From contig JBGSJG010000004.1 of NCBI GenBank assembly GCA_041742135.1, forward strand, positions 299,773 to 363,772: a stretch of 64,000 nucleotides of DNA, written 5' to 3'. Shown in pieces: positions 1 through 9,570 of this stretch. The position numbers and the translations under genes are program-made. Source of the DNA: Patescibacteria group bacterium (GTDB taxonomy: Bacteria; Patescibacteriota; Microgenomatia; UBA8517). Each line of letters opens with the position of its first letter. Position 1 is the first letter of the stretch. The notes beneath the pieces were generated by a model. The model did no database searches, was not told the origin of the DNA, and saw nothing but the letters and a program-made list of their open reading frames with translations.

Positions 1-77
1 GCCGAGCATCTTCTTGGGCATCATCATAATTGATCGATTGAAACATTGCCCCATTCATTGTAAATTGATAGGCAAGT

Positions 78-1496
78 ATGACACTTTATCTGAAGTATCG
101 CCCCCAAAAGATTTCTGAACTTGATTTAGAAAGTGTCCGTGAGCAGGTTTCAAAAATCGCAGCGAACTTGGAAAGCGCCCCGCACGCATTTTTGTTTTCA
201 GGCCCTCGAGGAACCGGCAAAACTTCGGCAGCTAGAATTTTGGCAAAGATCGTTAATTGCGAAGACCTACAAGTTACCAAAGATGGTGTTGAGCCTTGCA
301 ACAAATGCTCCCAGTGCATGGCCATAACAAACGGCCAGAGCATGGATGTGGTGGAAATTGATACGGCCAGTAATCGTGGAATTGATGACATTCGGGTTCT
401 TCGAGAAAGCATTTCTCTTTCGCCGACCTCCGCTAAAAAGAAAGTTTATATTATGGACGAAGCTCACATGCTGACGTTGGACGCCGCAAATGCGTTTTTA
501 AAAACTCTTGAGGAGCCTCCATCCCACGCCATGTTTATTCTTGCAACGACTGATCCATTAAAGCTTCCCGAAACTGTTCGCTCTAGGCTCACGACTGTAG
601 CTTTCAAAAAAGCTACTCCCGAAGAAATAGCAAGGCAGCTTAACAGAGTAGCCGATGGCGAGAAGATAAAAGTTGAGGATGGAGTACTGGGATTAATTGC
701 CAAAAAAGCTGACGGATCATTTCGTGATGCAGTGAAGATTTTGGAAAACTTGAGTATGGACAATAAGAAAATCACTCTCGCTGCCGCGGAAGAATTTCTT
801 TACTCGATGAGTATGGTTAATGCAGACGAACTCTTGGCGACGATTATGGCTAAAGATGTTGATAAATCACTTACCCTTATTAATGATTATTCAAATTCTG
901 GCGGAAATACTAAAGATTTGTTGGACCAACTCGAGGAGGCTTTACGACTCATAGTTCTTGAGACTAAATCTCGTGAATCTGTAAAGCTGGCCAAGCTTTT
1001 GATGGAAGCTCGCTCCTCTCTCCCAAAAACCGCTATTGCCCAACTTCCTCTGGAATTGGTAGTGATTGAGTGGTGCGAAGAGGAAGGGCTCGCCTCTGCT
1101 GAAGCTCCGGCGAGTCAAGATAAAAAAAAAGAAGATTTGAGTGAGCCTGTTGTTCCCCAAGCGGCGCCATTAAATACTTCAGATCTTAATTCAGATGTTT
1201 GGTCAAAAATCATTCAGGTAGCTGGGAGCAAGAACATTTCCCTTGAGGCACTTCTGAGATCTTCAAAGCCTAAAGGCATAGACGGCAGCACGCTAAATTT
1301 AGCAGTTTATTATAGTTTTCATAAAGAAAGACTTGAAGTGGAGCAGTACCGTTCAATTTTGGAAAAGGTAATTACTGAGGTAACGGGATTAAATAATCCT
1401 AAAATAAAATGCTTTTTGGAAGAGCCGCCGGCTCCGTTGACGAAGGCAGCACCTCCAGATATATTGAAAGCAGCCAAGGAGATTTTTGGCGAGTGA
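78..1496 (+). CDS. dnaX: DNA polymerase III subunit gamma/tau (clamp loader ATPase)
   Basis: 472 aa with the AAA+ Walker A 'GPRGTGKTSAARILAKI', the zinc-module 'CNKCSQC' and a DEAH-like 'YIMDEAHML'. TGA stop. Confidence 0.9.
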   Translation: MTLYLKYRPQKISELDLESVREQVSKIAANLESAPHAFLFSGPRGTGKTSAARILAKIVNCEDLQVTKDGVEPCNKCSQCMAITNGQSMDVVEIDTASNRGIDDIRVLRESISLSPTSAKKKVYIMDEAHMLTLDAANAFLKTLEEPPSHAMFILATTDPLKLPETVRSRLTTVAFKKATPEEIARQLNRVADGEKIKVEDGVLGLIAKKADGSFRDAVKILENLSMDNKKITLAAAEEFLYSMSMVNADELLATIMAKDVDKSLTLINDYSNSGGNTKDLLDQLEEALRLIVLETKSRESVKLAKLLMEARSSLPKTAIAQLPLELVVIEWCEEEGLASAEAPASQDKKKEDLSEPVVPQAAPLNTSDLNSDVWSKIIQVAGSKNISLEALLRSSKPKGIDGSTLNLAVYYSFHKERLEVEQYRSILEKVITEVTGLNNPKIKCFLEEPPAPLTKAAPPDILKAAKEIFGE

Positions 1497-1498
1497 AT

Positions 1499-1798
1499 AT
1501 GACAAAAAATACAAGTTCAGTAGTAACTAATAAAAAGCTCGACGAAGCAGTTGAAGCGATGTTAAATGGAATGGATCTTATGTTAAGAAATTTGCGTGAA
1601 GAAAATTCGCGATTGCACGAGGAGACATCTGAGAAGATCGATAGATTCAAAAGTGAAAATGCAGGTCAACACGCACACATACGAGACGATATTAGTTATC
1701 TAAAGGCGATGGCGTCAACTGCACCAACGCGGGAGGAATTTGAGAATATGAAAAAACGACTTCAAAAACTCGAAGTTAACTTGCTTAAACTCTCGTGA
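1499..1798 (+). CDS. small coiled-coil hypothetical protein
   Basis: ATG at 1499 immediately after the dnaX stop (MTKNTSSVV...). It lies in the same frame as listed ORF 1409..1798. Its composition is charged and heptad-like. Confidence 0.45.
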   Translation: MTKNTSSVVTNKKLDEAVEAMLNGMDLMLRNLREENSRLHEETSEKIDRFKSENAGQHAHIRDDISYLKAMASTAPTREEFENMKKRLQKLEVNLLKLS

Positions 1799-1808
1799 TA
1801 ACTTAAAA

Positions 1809-2099
1809 TTGATTATGTTTGACAAACTACAACAAGGAAAAGAGTTACTAAAGATGCGCTCGCAGGCCAAAGCGCTACAAAAACAGCTCGCGGAGGTTAC
1901 AGAAACTGTAGAGATGGGCACGGTAAAGGTCAAAGTAACGGCAGATCAAAAAGTAATTTACATCGAAGATAACGGTGAAAGCCGTGATGAAATTGCAAAG
2001 GCTGTTAACGAAGCCTTTAAAAATGTTCAAAAGAAAGCCGCTCAAAAAATGCTCCAGGAGGGTGGGCTTTCCGGACTTCTTGGGGGGATGGGGAAATAA
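1809..2099 (+). CDS. ybaB: YbaB/EbfC family nucleoid-associated protein
   Basis: 96 aa with the typical YbaB core 'LLKMRSQAKALQKQLAE...VKVTADQKVIYIEDNGE' and a Gly-rich tail. It sits in the conserved dnaX-ybaB-recR order. Confidence 0.85.
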   Translation: MIMFDKLQQGKELLKMRSQAKALQKQLAEVTETVEMGTVKVKVTADQKVIYIEDNGESRDEIAKAVNEAFKNVQKKAAQKMLQEGGLSGLLGGMGK

Positions 2100-2123
2100 T
2101 TTTTTTCTCTGTTAGAATAAACT

Positions 2124-2735
2124 ATGAGGATCGTAAAGCCTGTGGCAGATGTTATCGACGCTTTCAGTAAGCTCCCTGGCATTGGTCCTAAAACCGCTCA
2201 AAGATTGGCATATTATTTACTTCATGTTCCTCAGACTGAACTCGATTCTTTTGCGAACTCACTTGCAAACCTACGCAAAAATACGCTATTATGCTCGACT
2301 TGCAAAAATGTGGCGCTCGCGGACCCTTGTGAGTTTTGCGGAAGCCCAAGCCGAGACAAGTCAACTGTATTGGTCGTCGAGCAACCTTTGGATATTTTGG
2401 CATTTGAGCGGACCAACAAATATCAAGGCGTTTATCATGTTTTGCACGGGGCGATTAATCCATTGGACAATATCGGTCCCGATGAAATTTTTACGGAGGA
2501 GTTAGTCAAGCGCGTGAAGGGAACAAACGGTCACACGATTAACGAAGTGATTATCGCCACAAATCCGACAATGGAAGGAGAAGCAACAGCAATGTATTTG
2601 GCTAAACAACTTAAAAACCAAAATTCAAAATTGAAAATCTCCAGGCTTGGAATGGGAATTCCGACGGGGGCTTATCTTGAGTTTGCAGACGAGATGACTA
2701 TTCGCGAATCTTTGGAAGGAAGGCGAGAGCTATGA
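2124..2735 (+). CDS. recR: recombination protein RecR
   Basis: 203 aa with an N-terminal HhH, the C4 zinc finger 'CSTCKNVALADPCEFCGS' and a Toprim region. Confidence 0.92.
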   Translation: MRIVKPVADVIDAFSKLPGIGPKTAQRLAYYLLHVPQTELDSFANSLANLRKNTLLCSTCKNVALADPCEFCGSPSRDKSTVLVVEQPLDILAFERTNKYQGVYHVLHGAINPLDNIGPDEIFTEELVKRVKGTNGHTINEVIIATNPTMEGEATAMYLAKQLKNQNSKLKISRLGMGIPTGAYLEFADEMTIRESLEGRREL

Positions 2736-3196
2736 AGCCAGTAGCAGGACAGGTGCAGCGAAGCGTACAGCAAGCCCGTGATGACGTGTTTAACGAGGCT
2801 GGAGCTTTTGCGCGAACTGCGCAAAGCCAAGTAACTGGAGTGGAAGCGCGGCCTGCAATTGGCCAAAGCACTCCACAACTTCCACCGGCTAATCAGTTTG
2901 CTACAACGCAAGAGTATTGGCAGGCGCAAGAGAGGCAAAACGAGGCAAGACTCGCAGAACTTCGCAAGTTTGTTCAAAACATAAAAAATCTTGACGAGGA
3001 GCAAAAGCGCGCCGAACAAATACGCGCGCAGCAAGAACAAGCTGTTGCCCAAGCTCAGGCAGCACAAATGCAAGAAACAGCCCGCGAAGAAAATAAGTCG
3101 GGCAATGTTTTATCTCGAGCCGTCAAGCGCATCAAAGGTCGTTTGGGCCAAGTCGGTAAAGGCAAAATGGAAAAAGGTAGAGGTGGAACAGGATAA
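2732..3196 (+). CDS. hypothetical Q/A-rich low-complexity protein
   Basis: 154 aa with a Gln/Ala/Glu-rich repetitive tail (QAQERQNEARLAELRKF...AQQEQAVAQAQAAQMQE). Its start overlaps the recR stop (ATGA). Confidence 0.45.
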   Translation: MKPVAGQVQRSVQQARDDVFNEAGAFARTAQSQVTGVEARPAIGQSTPQLPPANQFATTQEYWQAQERQNEARLAELRKFVQNIKNLDEEQKRAEQIRAQQEQAVAQAQAAQMQETAREENKSGNVLSRAVKRIKGRLGQVGKGKMEKGRGGTG

Positions 3197-4587
3197 TGAA
3201 ATTATACAATTCGTTAACCGGTAAGATTGAAGAATTTAAGCCTATTGAAGAAGGTTTGGTGAGGATGTATGCCTGCGGAATGACGGTTTATGATTTTGCT
3301 CACATTGGACATGGGAGAAAATATATAAATGATGACGTGCTTAGGCGCGCACTTGTGTATTTAGGCTACAGCGTTAAGCACGTCCAAAATGTAACTGATG
3401 TTGGGCATTTGGTCTCAGATGGTGATGAAGGTGAAGATAAGCTGGAAAAGGGAGCCAGAAAATACGGCAAGACTGTTTGGGAAGTCGCTGAGTTTTACAC
3501 AAAACATTTTTATGATTCGATGGACAAGCTCAACGTTTTGCGCCCTGACGTTATTGCAAAGGCCACAGATCACATCAAAGAGCAGATTGACTTAATTCAG
3601 AAGCTTTTTGAAAACGGTTTTGCTTACGATACACCAGAAGCAGTTTATTTTGATGTCTCGCACTTTGAAGGCTATGCTACCTTGTTTGGCAGGCAAGAAC
3701 TTGAGGATAAAAAAGCGGCTGTGCGTGAAGAGGTACACACTGATCCAAATAAGAAAAACCCTGCTGATTTTGCCTTGTGGTTCAAGCGAGTAGGGCGTTT
3801 TTCCGATCACGTTATGCACTGGGATAGTCCTTGGGGTGATGGCTTTCCCGGCTGGCACATTGAGTGCTCTGCTATGAGCATGAAGTATTTGGGGGATCAA
3901 CTTGATATCCACACAGGTGGCGAAGATCATATTCCCGTTCACCATCCTAACGAAATTGCCCAGAGCGAGGCCGCGACTGGCAAGCACCCTTTTGTTGGCT
4001 ATTGGTTCCATACCACTTTTTTGACGGTGGACGGAACTAAAATGAGCAAAAGCCTTGGAAACTTCTATACCATCGAGGACGTAATTGAAAAAGGCTATGA
4101 CCCCTTGGCTTTGAGATACTTGTTTTTGACTGCGCACTACCGAAAGCGGATCAACTTTACCTGGGACGCTTTGGAGGCGGCGCAAAATGCTCTTAATCGT
4201 TTGCGCGAATTTGTTCTCGTTTACAAAAGTAAAAAAACTGACGAGCGTACCATGTTGTCTGCTGAAAAGCTGGATAAAGTGGATCATTTTCGAGCGGAAT
4301 TTGGGAACTATGTTTCAGATGATCTTAAGATTCCGCAAGCTTTAGCTGTCTTATGGGATGTGGTTAAAAGCAATATTCCAGATGTCGATAAGCTGGATTT
4401 GATCTTAAACTTCGATGAAGTTTTGGGCTTAAGATTGGGAGAGCTTGAGACTGAAAAAATCAATCCTGAAGTTATGGAACTTGAAGATGAGCGTAGTCGC
4501 TTGCGAGCCGAAGGTAAGTATGAAGAGGCAGACAAAATAAGAGATAGACTTGCCAGTGAGTTTGGTATTAAAGTTAAAGATAAGTGA
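3196..4587 (+). CDS. cysS: cysteine--tRNA ligase
   Basis: 463 aa with the class I aaRS motifs 'HIGHGR' and 'KMSKSLGN' plus a CysRS anticodon-binding C-terminal region. Confidence 0.93.
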   Translation: MKLYNSLTGKIEEFKPIEEGLVRMYACGMTVYDFAHIGHGRKYINDDVLRRALVYLGYSVKHVQNVTDVGHLVSDGDEGEDKLEKGARKYGKTVWEVAEFYTKHFYDSMDKLNVLRPDVIAKATDHIKEQIDLIQKLFENGFAYDTPEAVYFDVSHFEGYATLFGRQELEDKKAAVREEVHTDPNKKNPADFALWFKRVGRFSDHVMHWDSPWGDGFPGWHIECSAMSMKYLGDQLDIHTGGEDHIPVHHPNEIAQSEAATGKHPFVGYWFHTTFLTVDGTKMSKSLGNFYTIEDVIEKGYDPLALRYLFLTAHYRKRINFTWDALEAAQNALNRLREFVLVYKSKKTDERTMLSAEKLDKVDHFRAEFGNYVSDDLKIPQALAVLWDVVKSNIPDVDKLDLILNFDEVLGLRLGELETEKINPEVMELEDERSRLRAEGKYEEADKIRDRLASEFGIKVKDK

Positions 4588-5213
4588 AAGTAATTATTGC
4601 TGCCCTGTTGTTACTAAACCTGCTTTTTAGCGGATACCTGTTTGTACGAATCCGGAACTTGCCTGCCGTTACGCAAACCTCAGGCGGCGAGTACATAATT
4701 AAGCAAGAAAAGGCGGATTTAAGTGCTTATGTAACCAAAGCTTACGTCGACGGCCTTTTTGCTAGTATTCCAGAAGATTCGGCGACGGCCACTCCAAGCC
4801 CCGCAGCAACTTCAAAGGCAGCAACCGTGGCAACTCCCGTTCCTCAGATTAATACTAGCTATTTGCCGATTGGTGGATCTTTGGCCACAACAAACACGGA
4901 CTGGACCGATGTTCCCGGAAGTGAGTTTTGGGCCGATTTTAATTCTGATTTTGGATCAAGTGCCACAGTGAGCTGGGAAGCAACTCTAAAAGTCGCAGCA
5001 GGTAGTGGGCGTGTAACTGCAAGACTTCTGGACTCAACACATGGAATCGAGTTACTCGAAAGCCAGATCCAAAGCGAGTCGGGTTCGTTTGTTGCCGTGA
5101 CTTCCGGGCGCATTTATCCATGGGCAGGCAAAAATCTTTACAAGGTACAAATCAAATCATTGTCTTCGACTGAGGCTAGTTTTGGCGGTGGCAAGGTAAA
5201 AGTGGTATATTAG
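4584..5213 (+). CDS. hypothetical membrane-anchored/secreted protein
   Basis: 209 aa with an N-terminal TM helix (VIIAALLLLNLLFSGYLFV) followed by a Ser/Thr/Ala-rich linker. No recognisable domain. Confidence 0.45.
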   Translation: MKVIIAALLLLNLLFSGYLFVRIRNLPAVTQTSGGEYIIKQEKADLSAYVTKAYVDGLFASIPEDSATATPSPAATSKAATVATPVPQINTSYLPIGGSLATTNTDWTDVPGSEFWADFNSDFGSSATVSWEATLKVAAGSGRVTARLLDSTHGIELLESQIQSESGSFVAVTSGRIYPWAGKNLYKVQIKSLSSTEASFGGGKVKVVY

Positions 5214-5238
5214 CGGATTTTTACTGTAGAATGAGACT

Positions 5239-6060
5239 ATGAGAAAAAAGCTAGTCGCAATATTATTTTTAGTATTTTTAATTTTTCCAGTTGGCGTGGT
5301 GCGTGCTCAGGATGAAGAATTTGATTTTGCTCGCGCTTATCAGGATTACGTTTTTACTGTCGACGTCTACAACAGCGCTCACTCGGAGTATCTTCTTGCC
5401 AAGGCACAATATGCTCAGGCAGGGACGCTGGTTTCTCAGACTCAGGCGCGCGAAGCGACTGTAAAAATGCTCTCTTCTCGAGACGACGTTGTCACAACAT
5501 ATCTGACGGCGGTTCGAATGAAGATGGTCGAGGCTGAAGGAGTTTCCTCGCTGACTAAAAATGGTTTGTTTACAAGGCTAGACGCGGAGATTGCTTGGTT
5601 TCGCGATCACAAAGACAGGCTGGACAGTGCAGGAACCTTGGCGGATTTAGAAGCTGATTCCAAAGAAGCAAGTGATCGTTTTGTGACTTCTGAGCGAATT
5701 GCTTATGAAACTTTGGCCACGATTCCTTTTGGCAAGCTGTCTTTGATGCGCACGCAGGCAAATTCGATTTTGTCACGTATTAACGATAAGGTTTTTCAAA
5801 TTCGCTCAAATGGGGACAAAGATACAGCAATAGTTGAGCGCTGGGCTTTGGAGATCGAGCAGAAAATAACCAGAAGCTTGGATAAAGAGATTGAGGCGCA
5901 GGCATTAATTCCAATTTTTGTTCCGAGCAGGCAAAACAGAAGCCTAGATGTTCGAAAAAATTACACAGATATTATATTTAAGTTGGACGAGTCTAGACAG
6001 TTTTTGCGAGACGCGACAGAATATATGGACGAGATATTAAGAGAAATTACAACAGCATAA
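5239..6060 (+). CDS. hypothetical secreted protein
   Basis: 273 aa with a signal peptide (LVAILFLVFLIFPVGVVRAQ) and an RBS-like 'gaatgagact' upstream. Confidence 0.45.
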   Translation: MRKKLVAILFLVFLIFPVGVVRAQDEEFDFARAYQDYVFTVDVYNSAHSEYLLAKAQYAQAGTLVSQTQAREATVKMLSSRDDVVTTYLTAVRMKMVEAEGVSSLTKNGLFTRLDAEIAWFRDHKDRLDSAGTLADLEADSKEASDRFVTSERIAYETLATIPFGKLSLMRTQANSILSRINDKVFQIRSNGDKDTAIVERWALEIEQKITRSLDKEIEAQALIPIFVPSRQNRSLDVRKNYTDIIFKLDESRQFLRDATEYMDEILREITTA

Positions 6061-6488
6061 TGGACACTAACATTGATCAACCAGTCACACCGCCCACGAC
6101 ACCAGCTCCAGAGATTCCTACTGCGCCCGTGGTGGTAACGCCCACAAGCCCTAAAAAATTTGACCCGCGCGAGTTGTTTTCAAAAATAAAAATTCCCAAG
6201 AAGATATTGATAAGCGTAGCAATAGCCTTAATTCTTCTTGTTGTTTTAGTAATTGTATCAAGCATGCTTGGCCAGAAGCGGGGAGGGGTGGCCCCACAAA
6301 TAACCGAGACACCCGCGCCTACTGAGGAGCCGATCTCGGAAATTCCATCTCAGTATGCGGACGATCCCGATGTGGCTGAGATTAAAAAACAGATGGATGA
6401 GTTGGATCAAGACTTAGATGAAGCTTCATTTCGTGATGATACACTAAGATCTCCTACGCTAGATTGGAAAGTAGAGTTTGACGATTAG
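6060..6488 (+). CDS. hypothetical proline-rich membrane protein
   Basis: 142 aa with a Pro/Thr-rich N-terminus and a single TM segment (ILISVAIALILLVVLVIVS). It is start/stop coupled to the upstream gene (TAATG). Confidence 0.4.
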   Translation: MDTNIDQPVTPPTTPAPEIPTAPVVVTPTSPKKFDPRELFSKIKIPKKILISVAIALILLVVLVIVSSMLGQKRGGVAPQITETPAPTEEPISEIPSQYADDPDVAEIKKQMDELDQDLDEASFRDDTLRSPTLDWKVEFDD

Positions 6489-6838
6489 AAGGATAAAAAG
6501 TCGCGCATCGCGTCTTCAAAATTACGATATTTTTGCTCGTGGTCCTCGCGAATTTTATTATACAAATCCTTTTTATCATCCTCGCCGTATTCTTGAAGGT
6601 ATAGCTTTACAAATTTTGAAGAAAGCCCTTCTTGGCGAGCAAGCTTTTCGCTTTGCCTTACATACCGCCTGTAAGCAATTTCGGCCTTTCGTTCGATTTT
6701 CCATGCTTTGTAGCCTAGATAAACCTCAATGAAGAAACGTACCACGCCTTCAGTGAAAGTAGCAGTTGCTATGGGGTTAATCCAAAAATAAGTAAAAACG
6801 GCAATTGGAATAATTAAAAAAGGAATGCTATCTGGCAC
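6485..6838 (-). CDS. hypothetical membrane protein
   Basis: 117 aa with an N-terminal TM segment (IPFLIIPIAVFTYFWINPIA) followed by a charged tail. Confidence 0.4.
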   Translation of the reverse strand: MPDSIPFLIIPIAVFTYFWINPIATATFTEGVVRFFIEVYLGYKAWKIERKAEIAYRRYVRQSEKLARQEGLSSKFVKLYLQEYGEDDKKDLYNKIREDHEQKYRNFEDAMRDFLSF

Positions 6839-6844
6839 GACCTA

Positions 6845-7207
6845 TTATACCAATTTTATTCGGTTTATCTCAAATACTTCAATTTTTGGGACGCTAAAAT
6901 CAGGGTCTGGCGCCGCCTTTCTTATAACAACTCCCACCCTGTCGATCATAGGGAAATCCTTCCTGATCTCGCCCCAAAATTTTTCAGCCAGATTGCCGGA
7001 ATATGCAGCATAGCCGCTGCCCTCACTTCGGCCGCAAAGCCTGTCTTCGTATTCACGAATAATCTCAATTACTGGCTTGCCTTTTTGGTTATATTCATCC
7101 TGAAGGCTTGAGTCTAAGTTATATGCATCGTGAATTATTTTAAAATCGTCAAACAACTCTTTGTTGTCTGAAAGCATTTTTTTGTAAATTTCTTGGTACT
7201 TTGTCAT
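6845..7207 (-). CDS. hypothetical protein
   Basis: Reading frame of listed ORF 6845..7249. I trimmed it to the internal Met (MTKYQEIYKK...) that avoids overlap with the ATP-cone gene. No recognisable motifs. Confidence 0.35.
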   Translation of the reverse strand: MTKYQEIYKKMLSDNKELFDDFKIIHDAYNLDSSLQDEYNQKGKPVIEIIREYEDRLCGRSEGSGYAAYSGNLAEKFWGEIRKDFPMIDRVGVVIRKAAPDPDFSVPKIEVFEINRIKLV

Positions 7208-7500
7208 TGGGGAGCTTGGTACTTTTTGTCTTTGAGGTTCTGGTACCAAGCATAAAGGCCTGATGCGTATTTGTCGACTCCTTCAAGTTCGTGGAATACC
7301 CTGTCGCGAATGGCAATCGAGCTGACTTCTTTCTGGCGAAGGCTCTCTATCCAGCTGGAGATTTTTTCGGCAACTTCGGCGGCTTCTACGGGGCGCACTC
7401 CCGCTGCTGAGATTACTTTTGTAATTTTCTCGGGATCAAAAGGCTCACGGTTTCCGTTTCTTTTTATTACCATTACTTCATCTTTCATGTCAGTACGCAT
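7204..7500 (-). CDS. stand-alone ATP-cone domain protein
   Basis: Listed ORF 7204..7812 trimmed to Met105 (MRTDMKDEVMVIKRNGNREPFDPEKI...), giving ATG at 7498-7500. 'VIKRNGxxExFdxxKI' is the ATP-cone signature seen in NrdR and RNR N-termini. The N-terminal 104 aa of the long ORF overlaps the divergent kinase gene and looks non-coding. Confidence 0.65.
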   Translation of the reverse strand: MRTDMKDEVMVIKRNGNREPFDPEKITKVISAAGVRPVEAAEVAEKISSWIESLRQKEVSSIAIRDRVFHELEGVDKYASGLYAWYQNLKDKKYQAPQ

Positions 7501-7539
7501 ATTGTGTGTAAAAGCATAATAGCACAGAGTTGTGTAATA

Positions 7540-8757
7540 ATGAATCGTATGGCTAACCCTCTGCAAGCTCTTTTTGCCAAACCAAAAGTTGCTACTCCGA
7601 CGCCTCCAAACAGCTTGCTTGATGAGGCCGCGAGGCAGGCTGAGAATAGAAAAATTGCTGAGGCAAGAGCAAGGACTGACGCGATCCTTTCTAGCATCGG
7701 CGATGGAGTTATCGCGATCACTGATCGCGGAGAAGTTAGCTTTATAAACACGCAAGCGCTTTCGATGTTGGGGCTGGTTGAAGCTGATGTTTTGGGTAAG
7801 CATTTGATTCACGCTGTCTTGGCTTATGATGAAAAAAATCAGTTGCCTTTAGAGAGGCATCCGATGCAACAGTCCTTACTAAAAGGTGTCAAGACAAGTG
7901 CGACCTTGTATTTTTGCAAAAAGGACGGAAGCAAATTTCCGGTTTCTGTGACCACCTCTCCTGTATTTTTAATGGGAGCTTTGATCGGCGGAGTGTTGGT
8001 TTTTCGCGACATAACGCACGAAAAAGATGTTGATCGCATGAAGACTGAATTTATTTCCCTGGCTTCTCATCAGCTTCGCACGCCTCTGTCAGCCATGAAA
8101 TGGTTTGCAGAGATTCTCTTGTCCGGAGACACAGGAAAAATGACCGAGGAGCAAGAAGAAACAGTTAAAAAAATCTACATTTCAAATGAACGCATGATAG
8201 ATTTGGTAAATTCACTATTAAACATATCTAGGATTGAGTCTGGCAGGATTATTATCGACCCTCGCCCCACGGATCTTTCCAAACTGGTTAGTGAAGTGCT
8301 GATTGAACTGACGCCAAAAATTGAGAAGAAAAAGCACCATGTAGTCACGAGTGTGCACGCTTCGCTTCCGCTAATTAATATTGATCCTCGCTTGGTTCGG
8401 CACGTTTATCTTAATTTACTCACGAATGCTATCAAATACACTCCAGAGGGAGGGGAAATTCATATAATAATTTCTCGAAATGCAGATTCTTTGGTTTCTC
8501 AGATTACCGATAATGGTATGGGGATTCCAGCTGCACAGCAGAATAAAGTGTTTCAGAAATTTTTTAGAGCCGAAAACGTTTCGCGCGTGGAAACAGACGG
8601 AAGTGGTTTGGGATTGTACTTGATCAAATCTATTGTTGACGCTTCGGGTGGTAAAATTTGGTTTACAAGCGAGGTGGGAAAGGGGTCCACTTTTTGGTTT
8701 AGCCTGCCACTTCAAGGAAGCACGCCCAAGGAGGGAGAGGTCACAATCAATTCTTGA
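7540..8757 (+). CDS. PAS-domain sensor histidine kinase
   Basis: PAS region (ILSSIGDGVIAITDRGEVSFINTQAL), HisKA H-box 'LASHQLRTPLSAMKWF' and HATPase_c N/G boxes (NLLTNAIKYTP, DNGMGIP, GSGLGLYLIKSIV). The ATG at 7540 is chosen over the GTG at 7504. Confidence 0.85.
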   Translation: MNRMANPLQALFAKPKVATPTPPNSLLDEAARQAENRKIAEARARTDAILSSIGDGVIAITDRGEVSFINTQALSMLGLVEADVLGKHLIHAVLAYDEKNQLPLERHPMQQSLLKGVKTSATLYFCKKDGSKFPVSVTTSPVFLMGALIGGVLVFRDITHEKDVDRMKTEFISLASHQLRTPLSAMKWFAEILLSGDTGKMTEEQEETVKKIYISNERMIDLVNSLLNISRIESGRIIIDPRPTDLSKLVSEVLIELTPKIEKKKHHVVTSVHASLPLINIDPRLVRHVYLNLLTNAIKYTPEGGEIHIIISRNADSLVSQITDNGMGIPAAQQNKVFQKFFRAENVSRVETDGSGLGLYLIKSIVDASGGKIWFTSEVGKGSTFWFSLPLQGSTPKEGEVTINS

Positions 8758-8792
8758 TACTAGGACTCTGATAGGAGTATGATTTAGTTGTT

Positions 8793-9203
8793 ATGGAAAC
8801 TACGCCTCAATCGCATTTGATAATGATTATCGAAGACGAGGTGATGCTGCTTCAGGCTATTGAAAAGAAGCTTCAAAATAGCGGTTTCGAGACGGTTTCG
8901 TTTACAAAAGCCACAGACGCTTTAAGATATTTTACGGATGGGGGAGCAAAGCCTAATGCAATTTGGCTCGATTTTTACTTGGAAGACGATATTGACGGCA
9001 TTGCTTTCATGCAAAAATTAAATGAAAATCCGGAGCTTTCTGCTATTCCTGTTGTCGTAGTAAGTAACTCGGCTTCTCAAGACAAGGTAAACACAATGGT
9101 TGCTTTGGGGGTTAAAAAGTATCTTCTTAAAGCGGAAAACAGGCTGGAAGACGTAGCGAACACATTGCATCAGGTTTTGTCTCCCGAGAATGGACAACAA
9201 TAA
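8793..9203 (+). CDS. single-domain response regulator (REC only)
   Basis: 136 aa CheY-like protein with an acidic pocket (IIEDE...), phospho-acceptor D in 'IWLDFYLED' and K in 'VKKYLLKA'. No output domain. Confidence 0.8.
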   Translation: METTPQSHLIMIIEDEVMLLQAIEKKLQNSGFETVSFTKATDALRYFTDGGAKPNAIWLDFYLEDDIDGIAFMQKLNENPELSAIPVVVVSNSASQDKVNTMVALGVKKYLLKAENRLEDVANTLHQVLSPENGQQ

Positions 9204-9570
9204 AAAAACAGTTTTAGTGCTCGATGATGAGGAATTGATTACTGCTGCTCTTGGCCGCAAAATAGAGATTGCGGGATTCAACGTTTTCATTCAAAGAAAC
9301 GGAGAAGATGGTCTGCGTGTCGCGCTTGAATCTCACCCAGACCTTATTCTTCTTGATATGATTATGCCAAAAATGGACGGGATGACTTTTTTGGATAAAC
9401 TTCGTGAAAGTGGAGATTGGGGGAAAGCGGTTCCGGTTATTGTTTTGACAAACTTGGAATCTGGAGATCAAGTCAAAAAGAGTCGTGATAGGGGAGTTTT
9501 TGATTACCTTGTAAAAACTAATTGGAGCTTGGAAGATGTTGTGTCTCGAGTAAATCAAGCGCTTTCATAA
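9190..9570 (+). CDS. single-domain response regulator (REC only)
   Basis: 126 aa with 'VLVLDDEE', 'LILLDMIMPKMDG' and 'FDYLVK', which is the canonical receiver domain. It overlaps the upstream REC gene by 14 nt. Confidence 0.85.
   Translation: MDNNKKTVLVLDDEELITAALGRKIEIAGFNVFIQRNGEDGLRVALESHPDLILLDMIMPKMDGMTFLDKLRESGDWGKAVPVIVLTNLESGDQVKKSRDRGVFDYLVKTNWSLEDVVSRVNQALS

Noticed and set aside
2149-2505. Numerous 60-120 aa ORFs overlapping or antisense to annotated genes (e.g. 2149..2505, 3592..4287, 36571..36954, 45417..45782)
   Set aside because: They lie inside strongly supported genes on other frames or strands and lack motifs. They are treated as shadow ORFs.
7204-7812. Listed 202-aa minus-strand ORF as a single protein
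   Set aside because: Only the C-terminal 98 aa (from Met105) form the ATP-cone. The N-terminal part overlaps the divergent histidine-kinase start region and looks non-coding.
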